Source of the DNA: Nitrosopumilus sp.
GTDB taxonomy: Archaea > Thermoproteota > Nitrososphaeria > Nitrososphaerales > Nitrosopumilaceae
Length of the DNA: 64,000 nt
Reading direction: 5' to 3'
NCBI GenBank assembly: GCA_965249555.1
Contig: OZ252243.1
Span: forward strand, 1,888,001 to 1,952,000
The notes beneath the pieces were generated by a model. The model had not been told where the DNA came from. It made no database searches and saw only the letters and a program-made list of their open reading frames with translations. Shown piece by piece: positions 41,413-52,053 of this stretch; positions within the stretch are counted from its first letter, which is position 1; each line of letters begins with the position of its first letter. Position numbers and translations under genes: made by a program.

Positions 41413-42289
41413 CATAAGGTCCCCACCAAAAGCTTGGCCATGAATAACCCAAGACTTCAGGATTTGGTTCATTTTCAGTAATTATATAATTATAGCTATA
41501 TGAGCTTATGATAGCTTGATCACGGAATGATCCATCATTACAATTTCCAGGAGAACCAGAAGTTACAACAGATGCAAAGTCATAAGGTCTAGAAGACTCG
41601 TCAGAAAAAGTAGCATAAGACGGAACCATGTGGTATCCATTTTGATACAGGTTGTATTGTGCAGCATACAATGCACTAAAACCAGATATGGTTGTAGGTG
41701 TAGAATCTGCAGGGTGAGGATTTTGATAGTTTCCACCACAAACTAGATTGGAATTACTGTTACTGTGATGAATTGTATGTATCGGATATTCAGACACACC
41801 AAATGCCGAAACAATTGGAGTAACATAATTAAATGTTGTAAAAGTAATTTCATTTACTTTATTTACAGAATCAGATTGTGTTTCAAATAGAGATTTGAAT
41901 TTTCCATTTTCAAATTCATATAATGCTTGATCTAGAGCATCTCTATTTGTTTCAAATTCATCTACTTGACCAGTAGAGCCACTTGTTGCAGCAGTCATTA
42001 TGTCATTATTATGAACTGCAAAATCATTTGCAATATCAATGTCTAGTTGTGACACATCATAATCTTCGACTGCATCTATGATGTCAAATGTGATGTTTTT
42101 ATTTTCATCATAAATTACATATGTCTCCATTACTCCAAAAGAGTGTTCAATTTCTTCTAACGTGTATGTTTGTATTGGTTCTATTTCATCTGAACCACCT
42201 GGTATTGTCTGTGCAGTTACACCATTCATTCCTGCTGGAACTAATAGTATTGCCAACAATAGTATTTTCAATGTCATTGTACTATACAC
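41387..42289 (-). CDS. Secreted protein, acidic pro-region and Trp-rich C-terminus
   Basis: Signal peptide …GVTA; C-terminus EPNPEVLGYSWPSFWWGPYVHWWHDNF. Confidence 0.8.
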   Translation of the reverse strand: MYSTMTLKILLLAILLVPAGMNGVTAQTIPGGSDEIEPIQTYTLEEIEHSFGVMETYVIYDENKNITFDIIDAVEDYDVSQLDIDIANDFAVHNNDIMTAATSGSTGQVDEFETNRDALDQALYEFENGKFKSLFETQSDSVNKVNEITFTTFNYVTPIVSAFGVSEYPIHTIHHSNSNSNLVCGGNYQNPHPADSTPTTISGFSALYAAQYNLYQNGYHMVPSYATFSDESSRPYDFASVVTSGSPGNCNDGSFRDQAIISSYSYNYIITENEPNPEVLGYSWPSFWWGPYVHWWHDNF

Positions 42290-43018
42290 GGCACCTTGTT
42301 ATAATAAAATTGATAATGACTTGCGGTATGCCTCAAAATAATAAAGCAGTTTATGGCAATTTGCTATCTTACAAAGTATACGTGATGCCTGCAGCCCACA
42401 AATTGTACAGTTACACCAATAAAACAAAATCAAAGCACCAAAAAAGGTTCTATTAGATTTACGGGATCTATCCAAACTGCTGCAAACTTGAGGCTCTGGT
42501 CAATCTACATTTAATCCAATTAAATGAAAGTCTTTATGAGTGGGACAGGTAGTATGTTCCCATCTCTGAAGTGGATTTTTTGTTTGTGCAACATTTGTGA
42601 TAAAGTGTTGTAATCTCCATTTACCAAGTTCTGATATGCCTTCTTTTTCTTTTAAAAAATCATTCTCATACTTTATACTAATCCAAAATAATTTTTTAAT
42701 TCCTTAAATTTTCATTATGCCTTGTAAAATTGTAAGAGGTATAGTTTTGGATTTTAGAGATTGCTCAACTCTTTTTGTATGCTCATCCTTCCATTCTGGT
42801 GCATAACCTAATTTTGTATCCATCTTTTTGATCATCTATTATTACCTCCATTAAGCTATACATTAGTAGATTAAAAAGAATTCGACTCTTGGCACTGTTA
42901 AGTTGACGGGTGCCGTCAGCAAACACCAATGCCAAGAATGATTGGTACAGATATGATGGGAAAATTATTAAGAAATATGAAAAATGTAGATCTCTCAAAG
43001 TCTGAATGAGAATAATGT

Positions 43019-46000
43019 CTAAAATTTATCCAGTCCTTTTTCTCCAAGAGACTCGTCAAATTTTTCAGGAGTGATAAACATTGCACCCACTAGCTTTAGT
43101 TCAGGTTCCTGTCTCTGTCCTTCCTCTCTGGCCTTGACGGGGGTTGTCTCTTCCTGTATTCCTATAAATCCACCCAATTTTTTTATTCCAGTTATCAGAC
43201 TCGTCATATCTTGACTTCGTTGATATTCTGAAAGTAACGAGTTCAAATCATCAGGCCACTGTCGCAGATATTCTGACTGTATAATGTTGATTGTCTCTTT
43301 GCCCTCATCTTTGATAATTTTCCCTTCTAATATTGCATCCAACACAACCTTGCATACAGCATCAACATTTCTGTCATGCTTTTGGCGTTTTGTACTGTTA
43401 CTATTTTTGGCATCTAATGACACTGTATCATTTTTTTTCTTTATTGCCTCTCGTGCCTTTTTATCTATTTTTAATAACAGTTCAAATGATTTTTGATTAT
43501 CTTCACCATCCATTGGAAGATGAGTAAAAGTATCTTTCATGCAGGAAGCAAGACGTATTACTTCAGAATCATCATCAGGCACCGCTGCCTTGTCTGTCTT
43601 GAAATCATAACGTACAAAATATACACGCCATTCTGGTTTTTCTTGCAGGTATGCCAGAACCGTCTTTTGACTTTCTCCTTTCTTACCGCTACGTCTTCCT
43701 ATTGGAATATCTTGAACCGTCTCCATTCCCTTTTCCTTGATGAACCGTCCAAGCTCATTAATTGGCGATAATGCCGGCATTACATCGGATTCTTTTTCCA
43801 TTTTTTGGATTAGTTCATCAGAGCCATCCTTACCTGCAAGTACCTTGATTCTCTGCATGGCACCATTGAACTGTTTTGGGGTGGGGGCTTCTCCCAATAT
43901 CTCTGAATCTCCTCCAATTACCTCATCTACAACATGTATCTTGTCTAACAATTTTCCCATCAATCTCAAAATATCATCCAGTTCCTTGTCCGGATAACAT
44001 GCTCTTGTATGAATCACATCATATGTGCTAGTAAGTCTGTCAATTCTGCCTGTTCTCTGGACAATTCTCATCGGATTCCAGGGAAGATCATAGTTAATCA
44101 CATAGTTGCAGTCTTGAAGATTCTGTCCTTCTGCCAAGACCTCAGTTGATATCAGTATGTCTATCTCTTTTTCTTCCAGTGTGTCACCTTCTGGCAGATT
44201 TGCTTTGGGCGAGAATCGTCGGATATACTTTATTCTTGTATCCTGGTTTGTGTTTCCGGTAATGATTTGGATAACATTGTTTGGGAATTTTTCTTCTAGT
44301 TTTTTTGTAATGTATCTGGCAGTTGCAGTATATTCTGTAAATATCAAGAGTTTTTTGCTCTCATTTTCCAATACTTTTTCCCTTAGGATTGTTTTTGTAA
44401 CCTCGTCAATCTTTGTGTCAACTGTTATCTTTTTGACCTCCTCTAGTAGGTTTTCCAATATTTCCAAATCTTTTTGCATGTCTTGTTTTAGAGTTTCAAT
44501 ATCGTAATTTCTGCTAATCTTTTCTTTTGGGATATCTTCAATTTCTTTGAGGAAAAACTTCATCTTTTCATCCTCATCTGTATCCGTACTTGGATCCTCA
44601 CCGGATTCTGCAGAACTCCATTTTGCAATTATCTTGTTAAAGTCTCCAACTCGTAGGATTTTTCCCTCATCAAACACTTTTTTGATATATGTGTAGAGAT
44701 TCACTTTGTTCTCAATGCTTATTCTTACTGCCTCTACGCTGCTCTCAAATCTTTTTAATAATAATATGACTTGAAGATGTCCTACTGCCCTGTACTTGTT
44801 TCTCTCTTCTTCAGTTAGGCTTGTGTCATACTTGTCTATTCCATATGGTGCCATTGTTAATCTGCCAATATCATCTAATATCTTTTGAAAAATATTTCCA
44901 AACAATTCAGAAAGACTATACTCTATCGAAGAATATTGATGATCTGGAAACTTTATTTTTTTACCCTCTATCTTGTCATCCTTATACACGTCTTTGATGT
45001 ATGACCTAGTACGCCTAACCATCACCATATCTAGTAATTGCTCTATCTTTTCTAATCCCTGTGCAAGATCCTTGTTTGTCGCATCCCTCATGTGTTTGTA
45101 CAGGTCTGGTATTCCAATTTGACGAGAAAAGTAATCATCATTTCCGCCTGTAATTATTGATAATTGATAGTACAAATCCATCAGAGAGTTGTTAATTGGT
45201 GTCGCAGTTAGTAATATTGCCTGCTTTCTTTTTCCAACACTCATTAATTTCATCAGATTCTTTCTCCTGTTTGCACTCTTTGTTCGAAAGTTTTGGGACT
45301 CGTCAATTAGTACCAGATCAATATTTTTATATTTACCAAGTGTCTCTATAATCTCTTCTCTGCCAAGTGACTCCATTGTCAGCATTTCCCGGACATTGAT
45401 GTCCACTTCTTTTAGTTTCTCCTTCCACATGCTGTTTAAAACCTGGGATGGTGCAATGAGCAGAACCTTTTTACCCTCTTTTAGTATTTTTTGCCGTACC
45501 ATCTCTATTCCGATATTGGTCTTGCCAAGTCCTGTTGCATCTGCAATTATAACCCCGCCAAATTCTGATACAATGAACAGTCCTGCCTGTACTGCATCAT
45601 GCTGAAATTTTGTTAGCACCTTGTTGCTTTTTGTATCCTGTTCAACTTTTTCAAGCAACGGCCTGAACCGCTCAAAGAGCATCTTCATGTAAATCGGGTA
45701 TGGTTCGGATGGAGTGCCAAACTTTGACTGCCTTAGGACATCGATTAATTCCTGTTTTTTATCATCTGCATTATCCCACATTCTATCAAACCATTCCCGG
45801 GTAGCCTCTGTGACTCCTGGCTGATACAGTCCTGCATTTAGCTCATAATTCTGGGTCATTCCGCCTGCTGTAAAGTTACTAGAGCCGATAAAGACCGAGT
45901 TCTCTCCAAATATGTAGCATTTGGAGTGATTGAACCTGTTTCCACCAATACGGACCTTGATGTTTTCTTTCTCCAACAAATTGATCAAGGCAGTTGTATC

Positions 46001-46327
46001 GTCTTTATGCTCTACTGTAAGATCAGTATCATCAAGACTTGTCTTTAGTGATTTCATTTTGATAAATTCTTCATGCTGTTTTACTAATTTTTCAAAAGAG
46101 CCTTCCATAGGCAATATTGCATCCTTGCCAAGCAGCAATCTCAACTCAAATGACGGGTCTTTTGCTGCCTTGTCTAGTTCCTCACGAAGCATGCCATACC
46201 CTCGCACATCAAAGTATCCAGTTGAGATATCCAACTGTTTGACAAGTGGAATTTCTGAATTGAGAATTTTCTGCATGGTGATATCTTTCGAGTTATCGAT
46301 GATGTCTTTTTTAATTCTCTTGCCCAT
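43019..46327 (-). CDS. PLD-nuclease + SNF2/SF2 helicase fusion
   Basis: HSKCYIF…GSSNFT…NYELN; DATGLGKT; IDESQ; TATPINN; EGQNLQ; QRTGRIDR. Confidence 0.93.
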   Translation of the reverse strand: MGKRIKKDIIDNSKDITMQKILNSEIPLVKQLDISTGYFDVRGYGMLREELDKAAKDPSFELRLLLGKDAILPMEGSFEKLVKQHEEFIKMKSLKTSLDDTDLTVEHKDDTTALINLLEKENIKVRIGGNRFNHSKCYIFGENSVFIGSSNFTAGGMTQNYELNAGLYQPGVTEATREWFDRMWDNADDKKQELIDVLRQSKFGTPSEPYPIYMKMLFERFRPLLEKVEQDTKSNKVLTKFQHDAVQAGLFIVSEFGGVIIADATGLGKTNIGIEMVRQKILKEGKKVLLIAPSQVLNSMWKEKLKEVDINVREMLTMESLGREEIIETLGKYKNIDLVLIDESQNFRTKSANRRKNLMKLMSVGKRKQAILLTATPINNSLMDLYYQLSIITGGNDDYFSRQIGIPDLYKHMRDATNKDLAQGLEKIEQLLDMVMVRRTRSYIKDVYKDDKIEGKKIKFPDHQYSSIEYSLSELFGNIFQKILDDIGRLTMAPYGIDKYDTSLTEEERNKYRAVGHLQVILLLKRFESSVEAVRISIENKVNLYTYIKKVFDEGKILRVGDFNKIIAKWSSAESGEDPSTDTDEDEKMKFFLKEIEDIPKEKISRNYDIETLKQDMQKDLEILENLLEEVKKITVDTKIDEVTKTILREKVLENESKKLLIFTEYTATARYITKKLEEKFPNNVIQIITGNTNQDTRIKYIRRFSPKANLPEGDTLEEKEIDILISTEVLAEGQNLQDCNYVINYDLPWNPMRIVQRTGRIDRLTSTYDVIHTRACYPDKELDDILRLMGKLLDKIHVVDEVIGGDSEILGEAPTPKQFNGAMQRIKVLAGKDGSDELIQKMEKESDVMPALSPINELGRFIKEKGMETVQDIPIGRRSGKKGESQKTVLAYLQEKPEWRVYFVRYDFKTDKAAVPDDDSEVIRLASCMKDTFTHLPMDGEDNQKSFELLLKIDKKAREAIKKKNDTVSLDAKNSNSTKRQKHDRNVDAVCKVVLDAILEGKIIKDEGKETINIIQSEYLRQWPDDLNSLLSEYQRSQDMTSLITGIKKLGGFIGIQEETTPVKAREEGQRQEPELKLVGAMFITPEKFDESLGEKGLDKF

Positions 46328-49300
46328 TTTGTTTCTCCTCTGGTTTTTGTTTTAGTGTTGATATGTCGGAATTAAGATCATAATATTTCATAACCCGTTT
46401 GTACACCTCACCATAAAATCTTCGCATATGTTCATTTCTATCTGAATCTGATAGTTTTGTATAGTTTACATTATTGGATAGTTCGTCTTCTGAAAAGGAA
46501 TTTTTATCGGATTTAAAATTTTGTAATATACTTTCATATTCACTTTGTGTTAATCCGTATTGTAGTGCCGATAATGCATCAATTTCGGATGTTATTTCTA
46601 TACGGTTAATCAATTGCAAATTCTCAACATCTTTCTTAGAAATAGAAAACACATCGGCCATATCTTCATGCCATGTTTCAGAAAGTGTGAGCATTGCACT
46701 TAATTTGGATATTTTCTTAGCTATATCACTTGTAAAATTTTCTGGTACTGGTGTATCATACAAATGATATGTCTCAACATGTTTGTCAATTTTGAGTCTT
46801 ATAATAAAATCAAATGTGGTAGAATTGAATATTCCGCATAGATATGCATTGAGTTTATGATAATCAGAAGAAATTTCAAACATACCAATACGTGGTATTG
46901 CCATATAGGTGGCTATTGTTGTAAATACGGATTGTGGTATGATACATGAGATCATTGTCCGTGTATTGCTAGTTCCGCTAACGTTTCTATACACAAGTCG
47001 TGGATTGTCGTGGATTTCTTTACTCTGACTATTAAATTTTGCAATAGTTTTAACTCGTGTTAATGTTTTTTTAACGTCTGCACGATATTGCGGTGTAGAA
47101 TAATTATGAATATGTTGATGAAAGTTTTTTGATTGAAATACTGGCCAACCTCCTTCTTTAATGAGTAATTTCCTATCTTTTTTCTCTCCCATGTTTAATT
47201 CTCTACCTAAATCGACTTGCCAAATTTTCATGTCTTCGAGCCTAGGATGTAATGCATATAATTTCTGCATTATTTCATAATCTTTTTGATTTTTGACTTC
47301 ATAAATCAATGACATTTTTGGGGATAATTCATTAATCTTCTTTTTAGATAAAACTAATGATTTATTTTCCAAATTGTCCAATTCATCTAAAGTTTGCAGA
47401 TAAAAGGCAGCAGGAAATTTATCAGAACCTTTAGAATTTTGAACACTTAAGAGAGCAAATCTATAAGCAGAATGAATTGGAAAAATCTTTTTTCTATTTT
47501 CAAAAATACAAAGTGATTTTATGTTCTTTGTTAGAAAATGTTTTCTTAATGCAGTAGCCCCTCTTGAATTTGCTATTGCAGATGGCATCACCATTGAAAA
47601 CATTCCACCGGGTGCCAATACCTGTAATGAACGTTCAATAATTATTCGATACAAATCAAAATCAGTGTTCTCACCCAAACCCCCATGGTTTTTATAAAAT
47701 TCTCTTTTATCATCAAAACCTTTTTTGTATTTTTTATATTCTTCATCATATTTTTTTCGTGTTTTTTCCTTATCTTTGGTAGATTTGTCCCTGTATTCGA
47801 AATCTAAATTCCCAAAAAATTCATTGTTATTGGGTCTTACTTTATCCCAAGGGGGGTTCCCAATTATCAAATCAAACCCTCGTCTTGAATCAGTAAATGC
47901 ATCCATCATTGCTAATTCCCATTGGAAAAATCTATAGGTATTAGATTTGTTACGAATGTTTTGAATTGTTAACTTTTCGTCTTGATTCATATCTGCTCCT
48001 AAAACCACATCAGAGATTCGTTTAAGATAAGCTGGAATATTTTTTTGTGCTTTTTTTGGTATAATATCATTATCCATTTTTAATGCAGTTATTGTGTCGA
48101 GCATCATTTTGTGTGGTCTAATTTGTTTCATGTATTCGGCATAGGCGTTTTTACTATCTTGTACTTGACCTACCGTAATATCTGAATTATGCCCCACAAG
48201 AGTGATAAATTTGGAAGATTTTTCAGGATCTTCAATCCAATTATCAAGACTTTGTTCTGTGGGATTTTTTAATTCATCAAGACGTACTCCTATTGTGGAA
48301 TCTCCATTTTTGATATGATGATCCATGTATGTTAATGGAACACCTATTGCAAAGGAATCAAGCCATAAGGATAACTTTGCCAGATTTACTGCCATTGGGT
48401 TGAGGTCAACTCCAAATATACATCGCTTCATTATTTTGCGTTTTAATAATACGTCATGAGTGAGAAGATTTTCATCTATTGTGATTTTATTTTTCTTTTG
48501 CTCTGCAAGTATTGTCATTCTATCTGATTCAATCTCTTCTAATAATGGATGCCCAGGGTATGTCTTGAGTATATCAGTTGCCCACATGGTAATTCTATTC
48601 AAAGATTCTACAAGAAAATGCCCACTTCCCATTGATGGGTCTAATACCTGTATGTCAAGTATTCGATCCATACATGTTTTCAAATCTTTTTCATTCTTAC
48701 TTTTTTTATATTGTTTCACATCTTCTGCAATTAATTTTTCACGTTCATCAAATATGGGATTCAATCCCTGGTTTACTAGAAATGTTACAATCTCATCTGG
48801 GGTGTAAAAGCTGGCTGAGGTCTTTCGTGATACAATGCCCCCTTTTGATGCAAGATACAGGTCATTTTTCTTGTAAGAGTACGTTGCATCCTTTTGCGTT
48901 TTTATCTCTCTTACTCCCTTTGAATCTTCAAGTAGCATGATGTCTTTTTCAGTCTGACGTGGACTGAATTCCATCAAGGTCTCAAAGATGTTCCCTAAAT
49001 GTCTGACACTAAAATCTGCATAATCTATTGCCCCTCCATCATCTTCCAAAAGACCATAAAGTGCATTTACAATAAACTTGTTCCCAATTGATATGTCGTC
49101 AATAGATGGGTCTTTTTTAAACAAATCCCCGTTGTATTGTGGAAGATTGTGTTTCTGGCTTCCGTTTCTTATTCCATCAAACAGAACAAGTAGAGCCTTC
49201 CAACACTCATCATCAGTATTTTTTTCAAAAGAATCAAGATGGTTCCGAATTGATTGCAGTGATATTGGCTTGTATTTTGCATCTCTAGTGGGTAAAAGAT

Positions 49301-50378
49301 TTCTAGATTCAGCATATGCCAAGAACCATATGCGGTACATTATTTTCAGAGAGGTCTGTTTTGCTGATTCCAATTCCTCACTTGTAAATGTCTTTTTCAT
49401 GTCATGCTCAAGAACACCCTTTACAATATCCAAGAACAGTCCATCCGGACTCATTATATTATCTGAAAGATTTTCCTCTATCTCTTTGGCATAGTTTTTG
49501 CCCTCTTCAAAGAATGAATCAATATCCCTTTTCTCACCTATTTTTTCAAATGATGCCGCACCAAACAACATTATGAGATATTTTGTAATACTGTCCTGTG
49601 CAGAGTCTAGTGATATCTCAAAATAATTAGTACTCGATGCGGAAATTTTGGCAGAATAAAGTCTCCATTTTTTGCCATTAGTAAGTATTGCCCACTGTGA
49701 TTCACGTAATGTGGCAACTGCAATATAGCTTGGGGCGACCTCTGTTTCATTTTTTCTAATGCTGAGATTGTCCTGATCTGTAACAGTTATGGATACTGTT
49801 TTGTCAAAATATGGACCAGAATTTGAAATATCCCAACCCAATTCAAAAAGCAGTTGTTCTGTATCTCCTATCTTTTCTTTTGCATTCCCTAGTTTGTCGT
49901 CAACATTTTGTCGTGTGTCTGTAAATATTCTGTTACGTAGATAGTGGGTAGAAAATAATCCCCTGTTTACAAAATCTCCTGTGGCATTTGATATTTTGTC
50001 AATTAATGTTCGGATTGCAAGCTGTAGATCAATATCATCCTGTGCGCTTTCCATGTTTGTTGATTTTAAAATGTTCGTAACACGTTGATATTCTGAATCA
50101 TTTTCCAAAGATATAGTGTAACTTTGATCTAATGATTTGAAAAATAAGATATTTTTTTCTTTTAAAAATATAATACATGTGTTGAAATTTTTTGTCTGTT
50201 TTTTTACTTCTCGAACATTTTTTGGTCCGCTTTCAACAAATATGATCGGAACTTTTTTTGACGGATTTAGATGATTAAGACTGTAGCAAAGCCATTCTTT
50301 GTGAAGTGGTGGTTGTATCTCTCGTTTGGTATCAAGACTGACTCCCATTGAGGCAAATAATGTCTCTTGTGAAGACAA
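46311..50378 (-). CDS. Type IIG / Eco57I-like N6-adenine DNA methyltransferase (REase-MTase-TRD architecture)
   Basis: LTNGKKWRLY, FYTPDEIV, LDPSMGSGHFL, IGNPPW. Confidence 0.93.
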   Translation of the reverse strand: MSSQETLFASMGVSLDTKREIQPPLHKEWLCYSLNHLNPSKKVPIIFVESGPKNVREVKKQTKNFNTCIIFLKEKNILFFKSLDQSYTISLENDSEYQRVTNILKSTNMESAQDDIDLQLAIRTLIDKISNATGDFVNRGLFSTHYLRNRIFTDTRQNVDDKLGNAKEKIGDTEQLLFELGWDISNSGPYFDKTVSITVTDQDNLSIRKNETEVAPSYIAVATLRESQWAILTNGKKWRLYSAKISASSTNYFEISLDSAQDSITKYLIMLFGAASFEKIGEKRDIDSFFEEGKNYAKEIEENLSDNIMSPDGLFLDIVKGVLEHDMKKTFTSEELESAKQTSLKIMYRIWFLAYAESRNLLPTRDAKYKPISLQSIRNHLDSFEKNTDDECWKALLVLFDGIRNGSQKHNLPQYNGDLFKKDPSIDDISIGNKFIVNALYGLLEDDGGAIDYADFSVRHLGNIFETLMEFSPRQTEKDIMLLEDSKGVREIKTQKDATYSYKKNDLYLASKGGIVSRKTSASFYTPDEIVTFLVNQGLNPIFDEREKLIAEDVKQYKKSKNEKDLKTCMDRILDIQVLDPSMGSGHFLVESLNRITMWATDILKTYPGHPLLEEIESDRMTILAEQKKNKITIDENLLTHDVLLKRKIMKRCIFGVDLNPMAVNLAKLSLWLDSFAIGVPLTYMDHHIKNGDSTIGVRLDELKNPTEQSLDNWIEDPEKSSKFITLVGHNSDITVGQVQDSKNAYAEYMKQIRPHKMMLDTITALKMDNDIIPKKAQKNIPAYLKRISDVVLGADMNQDEKLTIQNIRNKSNTYRFFQWELAMMDAFTDSRRGFDLIIGNPPWDKVRPNNNEFFGNLDFEYRDKSTKDKEKTRKKYDEEYKKYKKGFDDKREFYKNHGGLGENTDFDLYRIIIERSLQVLAPGGMFSMVMPSAIANSRGATALRKHFLTKNIKSLCIFENRKKIFPIHSAYRFALLSVQNSKGSDKFPAAFYLQTLDELDNLENKSLVLSKKKINELSPKMSLIYEVKNQKDYEIMQKLYALHPRLEDMKIWQVDLGRELNMGEKKDRKLLIKEGGWPVFQSKNFHQHIHNYSTPQYRADVKKTLTRVKTIAKFNSQSKEIHDNPRLVYRNVSGTSNTRTMISCIIPQSVFTTIATYMAIPRIGMFEISSDYHKLNAYLCGIFNSTTFDFIIRLKIDKHVETYHLYDTPVPENFTSDIAKKISKLSAMLTLSETWHEDMADVFSISKKDVENLQLINRIEITSEIDALSALQYGLTQSEYESILQNFKSDKNSFSEDELSNNVNYTKLSDSDRNEHMRRFYGEVYKRVMKYYDLNSDISTLKQKPEEKQNGQEN

Positions 50379-50411
50379 TTAGAGGTCTCCAACTTTGAGC
50401 AGATTTCGGTG

Positions 50412-50470
50412 ATTGGAAGAAGGAATTGGAAGAAGGAATTGGAAGAAGGAATTGGAAGAAGGAATTGGAA
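50412..50470. repeat. Tandem repeat (ATTGGAAGAAGGA) x4.5
   Basis: Four perfect 13-bp units + 7 nt, 34-92 nt upstream of the MTase start. Confidence 0.97.
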
Positions 50471-50561
50471 TTGAGTGTCAGTCATGCAATGGGGGCTTAA
50501 GTTAGCCGATATTTTAATCCCATGGAATCAAATATGATGTATGATTTCCATACATGAATAA

Positions 50562-50774
50562 TTCAAATTTTCCTCTGTTCATCCTTTACCCTCTTCATCT
50601 TCTGTATCATCTCATCCCTCTTACTTTTTAAAAGACTGTATTCGTATTGTAATGCGGTTTTTTTGGACTTTGCAGACACCTCAGGACCTCAATATTTCTG
50701 TACAGTCTTGCCATTTTCAAAATATTCAAAGTAGGTGTATTTTTTCCCGTATTTTCTTAGATTATACCTACCAT
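50562..50774 (-). pseudogene. Degraded small basic protein gene
   Basis: …KKYTYFEYFENGKTVQKY*GP…coiled-coil, internal stops. Confidence 0.4.
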
Positions 50775-50806
50775 GTTAATTTAAAAAATACATATCTTAT
50801 AACATG

Positions 50807-51685
50807 TTATTTTATTCCTATCGGGGCTTGACTTGCAAATGTCACCTTCTTTTCAAATGGGGTCTTGCCAAAACGAATCCATGATCGAACATTGGAATTA
50901 AAGAACCATGTAAAGCCAATGGATGTAAGAATATTGCAGATATCCCTCCATTGTTCTGATTCAAGCCATCCCTTGGGTTCCACTTTTATGACATCACCAC
51001 TAGCAAAGACAGATACACAATCGTTGTAATTTCCAAGTTTCTGGGTTATCTTTCTATTCTCTGAGACATTCTTGCTTGCAGCCATTGGGATTAATGTGTG
51101 ATATTTTCCAGCAGAGACATCGTCTGTGATTGGTTTTAGCGTATCTACATACATCTTTATGATTTTAGAAAATTTTTGAACCCAGATAATAATCGTATTG
51201 TGTGGAATTGGAATATTGTGAGAGAAATTTATGTGATCTGAGGCTTTGCGATATGACATGCCAGACATTACCATGTTAAGGGAAGATGTAATTATTTCTG
51301 GCGTATATTGTCTTCTCAAAACCTATCTCAGTTGAGACAAATCTTCTGTTGCACGACTTGCACTTGTTTTGATGATTTCTTGCCTGCCTTTGTGTACTTT
51401 GTGGTTCCTCAGTTGATACAGGCAATCACATGCTGTATTGGTTCTTGAGGAACCAGGCACCACCTGTTTTGGAATAGTTGGGACGATAATTTTGTATTGT
51501 TTTATGACCTCAAGTATGTGATCACATAATTTATCATCAGAGCCTACTCTGATGGCATCAAGAAATTCTTTACATGTGCATGTCCATGAATTAGGATTCT
51601 TTCTATTTCTTTCTGCAACATATGATTTGTGTAAATAGTTTGATGTGACAATGAATCTAGGGGTTTTTTCAGGGGGGTCGGGCAA
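50807..51685 (-). pseudogene. Degraded N-terminal half of an IS6-like transposase (SWIM Zn finger + HTH)
   Basis: WTCTC..F…CDHI SWIM; IITSSLNMVMSGMSYRKASDHI…HNTIIIWVQKF. Confidence 0.75.
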
Positions 51686-52053
51686 TTCGAATAAGATCCA
51701 TATTTGAGACTTTTGAGCATTAACTATGTCAGATCACCTAGATTGACCAGAGCCGTGTTGGTTCATCCTCAAAGAGTAAATAACCAATCTATTTTTAGTT
51801 TATTTTCTTTTTTGTATTTTTCATAATTCAATCATACCTAATTCCCTTTTGTATTATTTAGTATGATCTAGATGTGGTTACATTTCACAAATAACAATCA
51901 CAGTAATAATACATATTATTTATGATAAATTTGACATATAGTAATTAAGATAATATTATTGAAATTTTGTTATTTAGTTTAATCTCCAATAGTGAGTTAA
52001 TAGCCTCAAACTCCTAGTATTCATTTTAATACGAATCTGTTTTTTCAGAATAT

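Larger units (their letters stand above)
42492..51754 (-). mobile_element. 9.3-kb segment bounded by 16-bp IS6-like inverted repeats GGCTCTGGTCAATCTA
   Basis: Perfect IRs at 42492-42507 and 51739-51754; decayed IS6-like transposase just inside the 51754 end; no TSD seen. Confidence 0.6.

Noticed and set aside
43284-49576. Many plus-strand ORFs inside the helicase and MTase genes
   Set aside because: Antisense shadow ORFs without motifs; the same applies to those within fusA, trkH, thrS and the asparagine synthase-like gene.
50412-50470. 13-mer repeat as an in-frame frameshift switch within the MTase CDS
   Set aside because: An in-frame TAA directly precedes the TTG start, so no repeat number fuses the leader to the enzyme; only coupling or promoter effects are possible.
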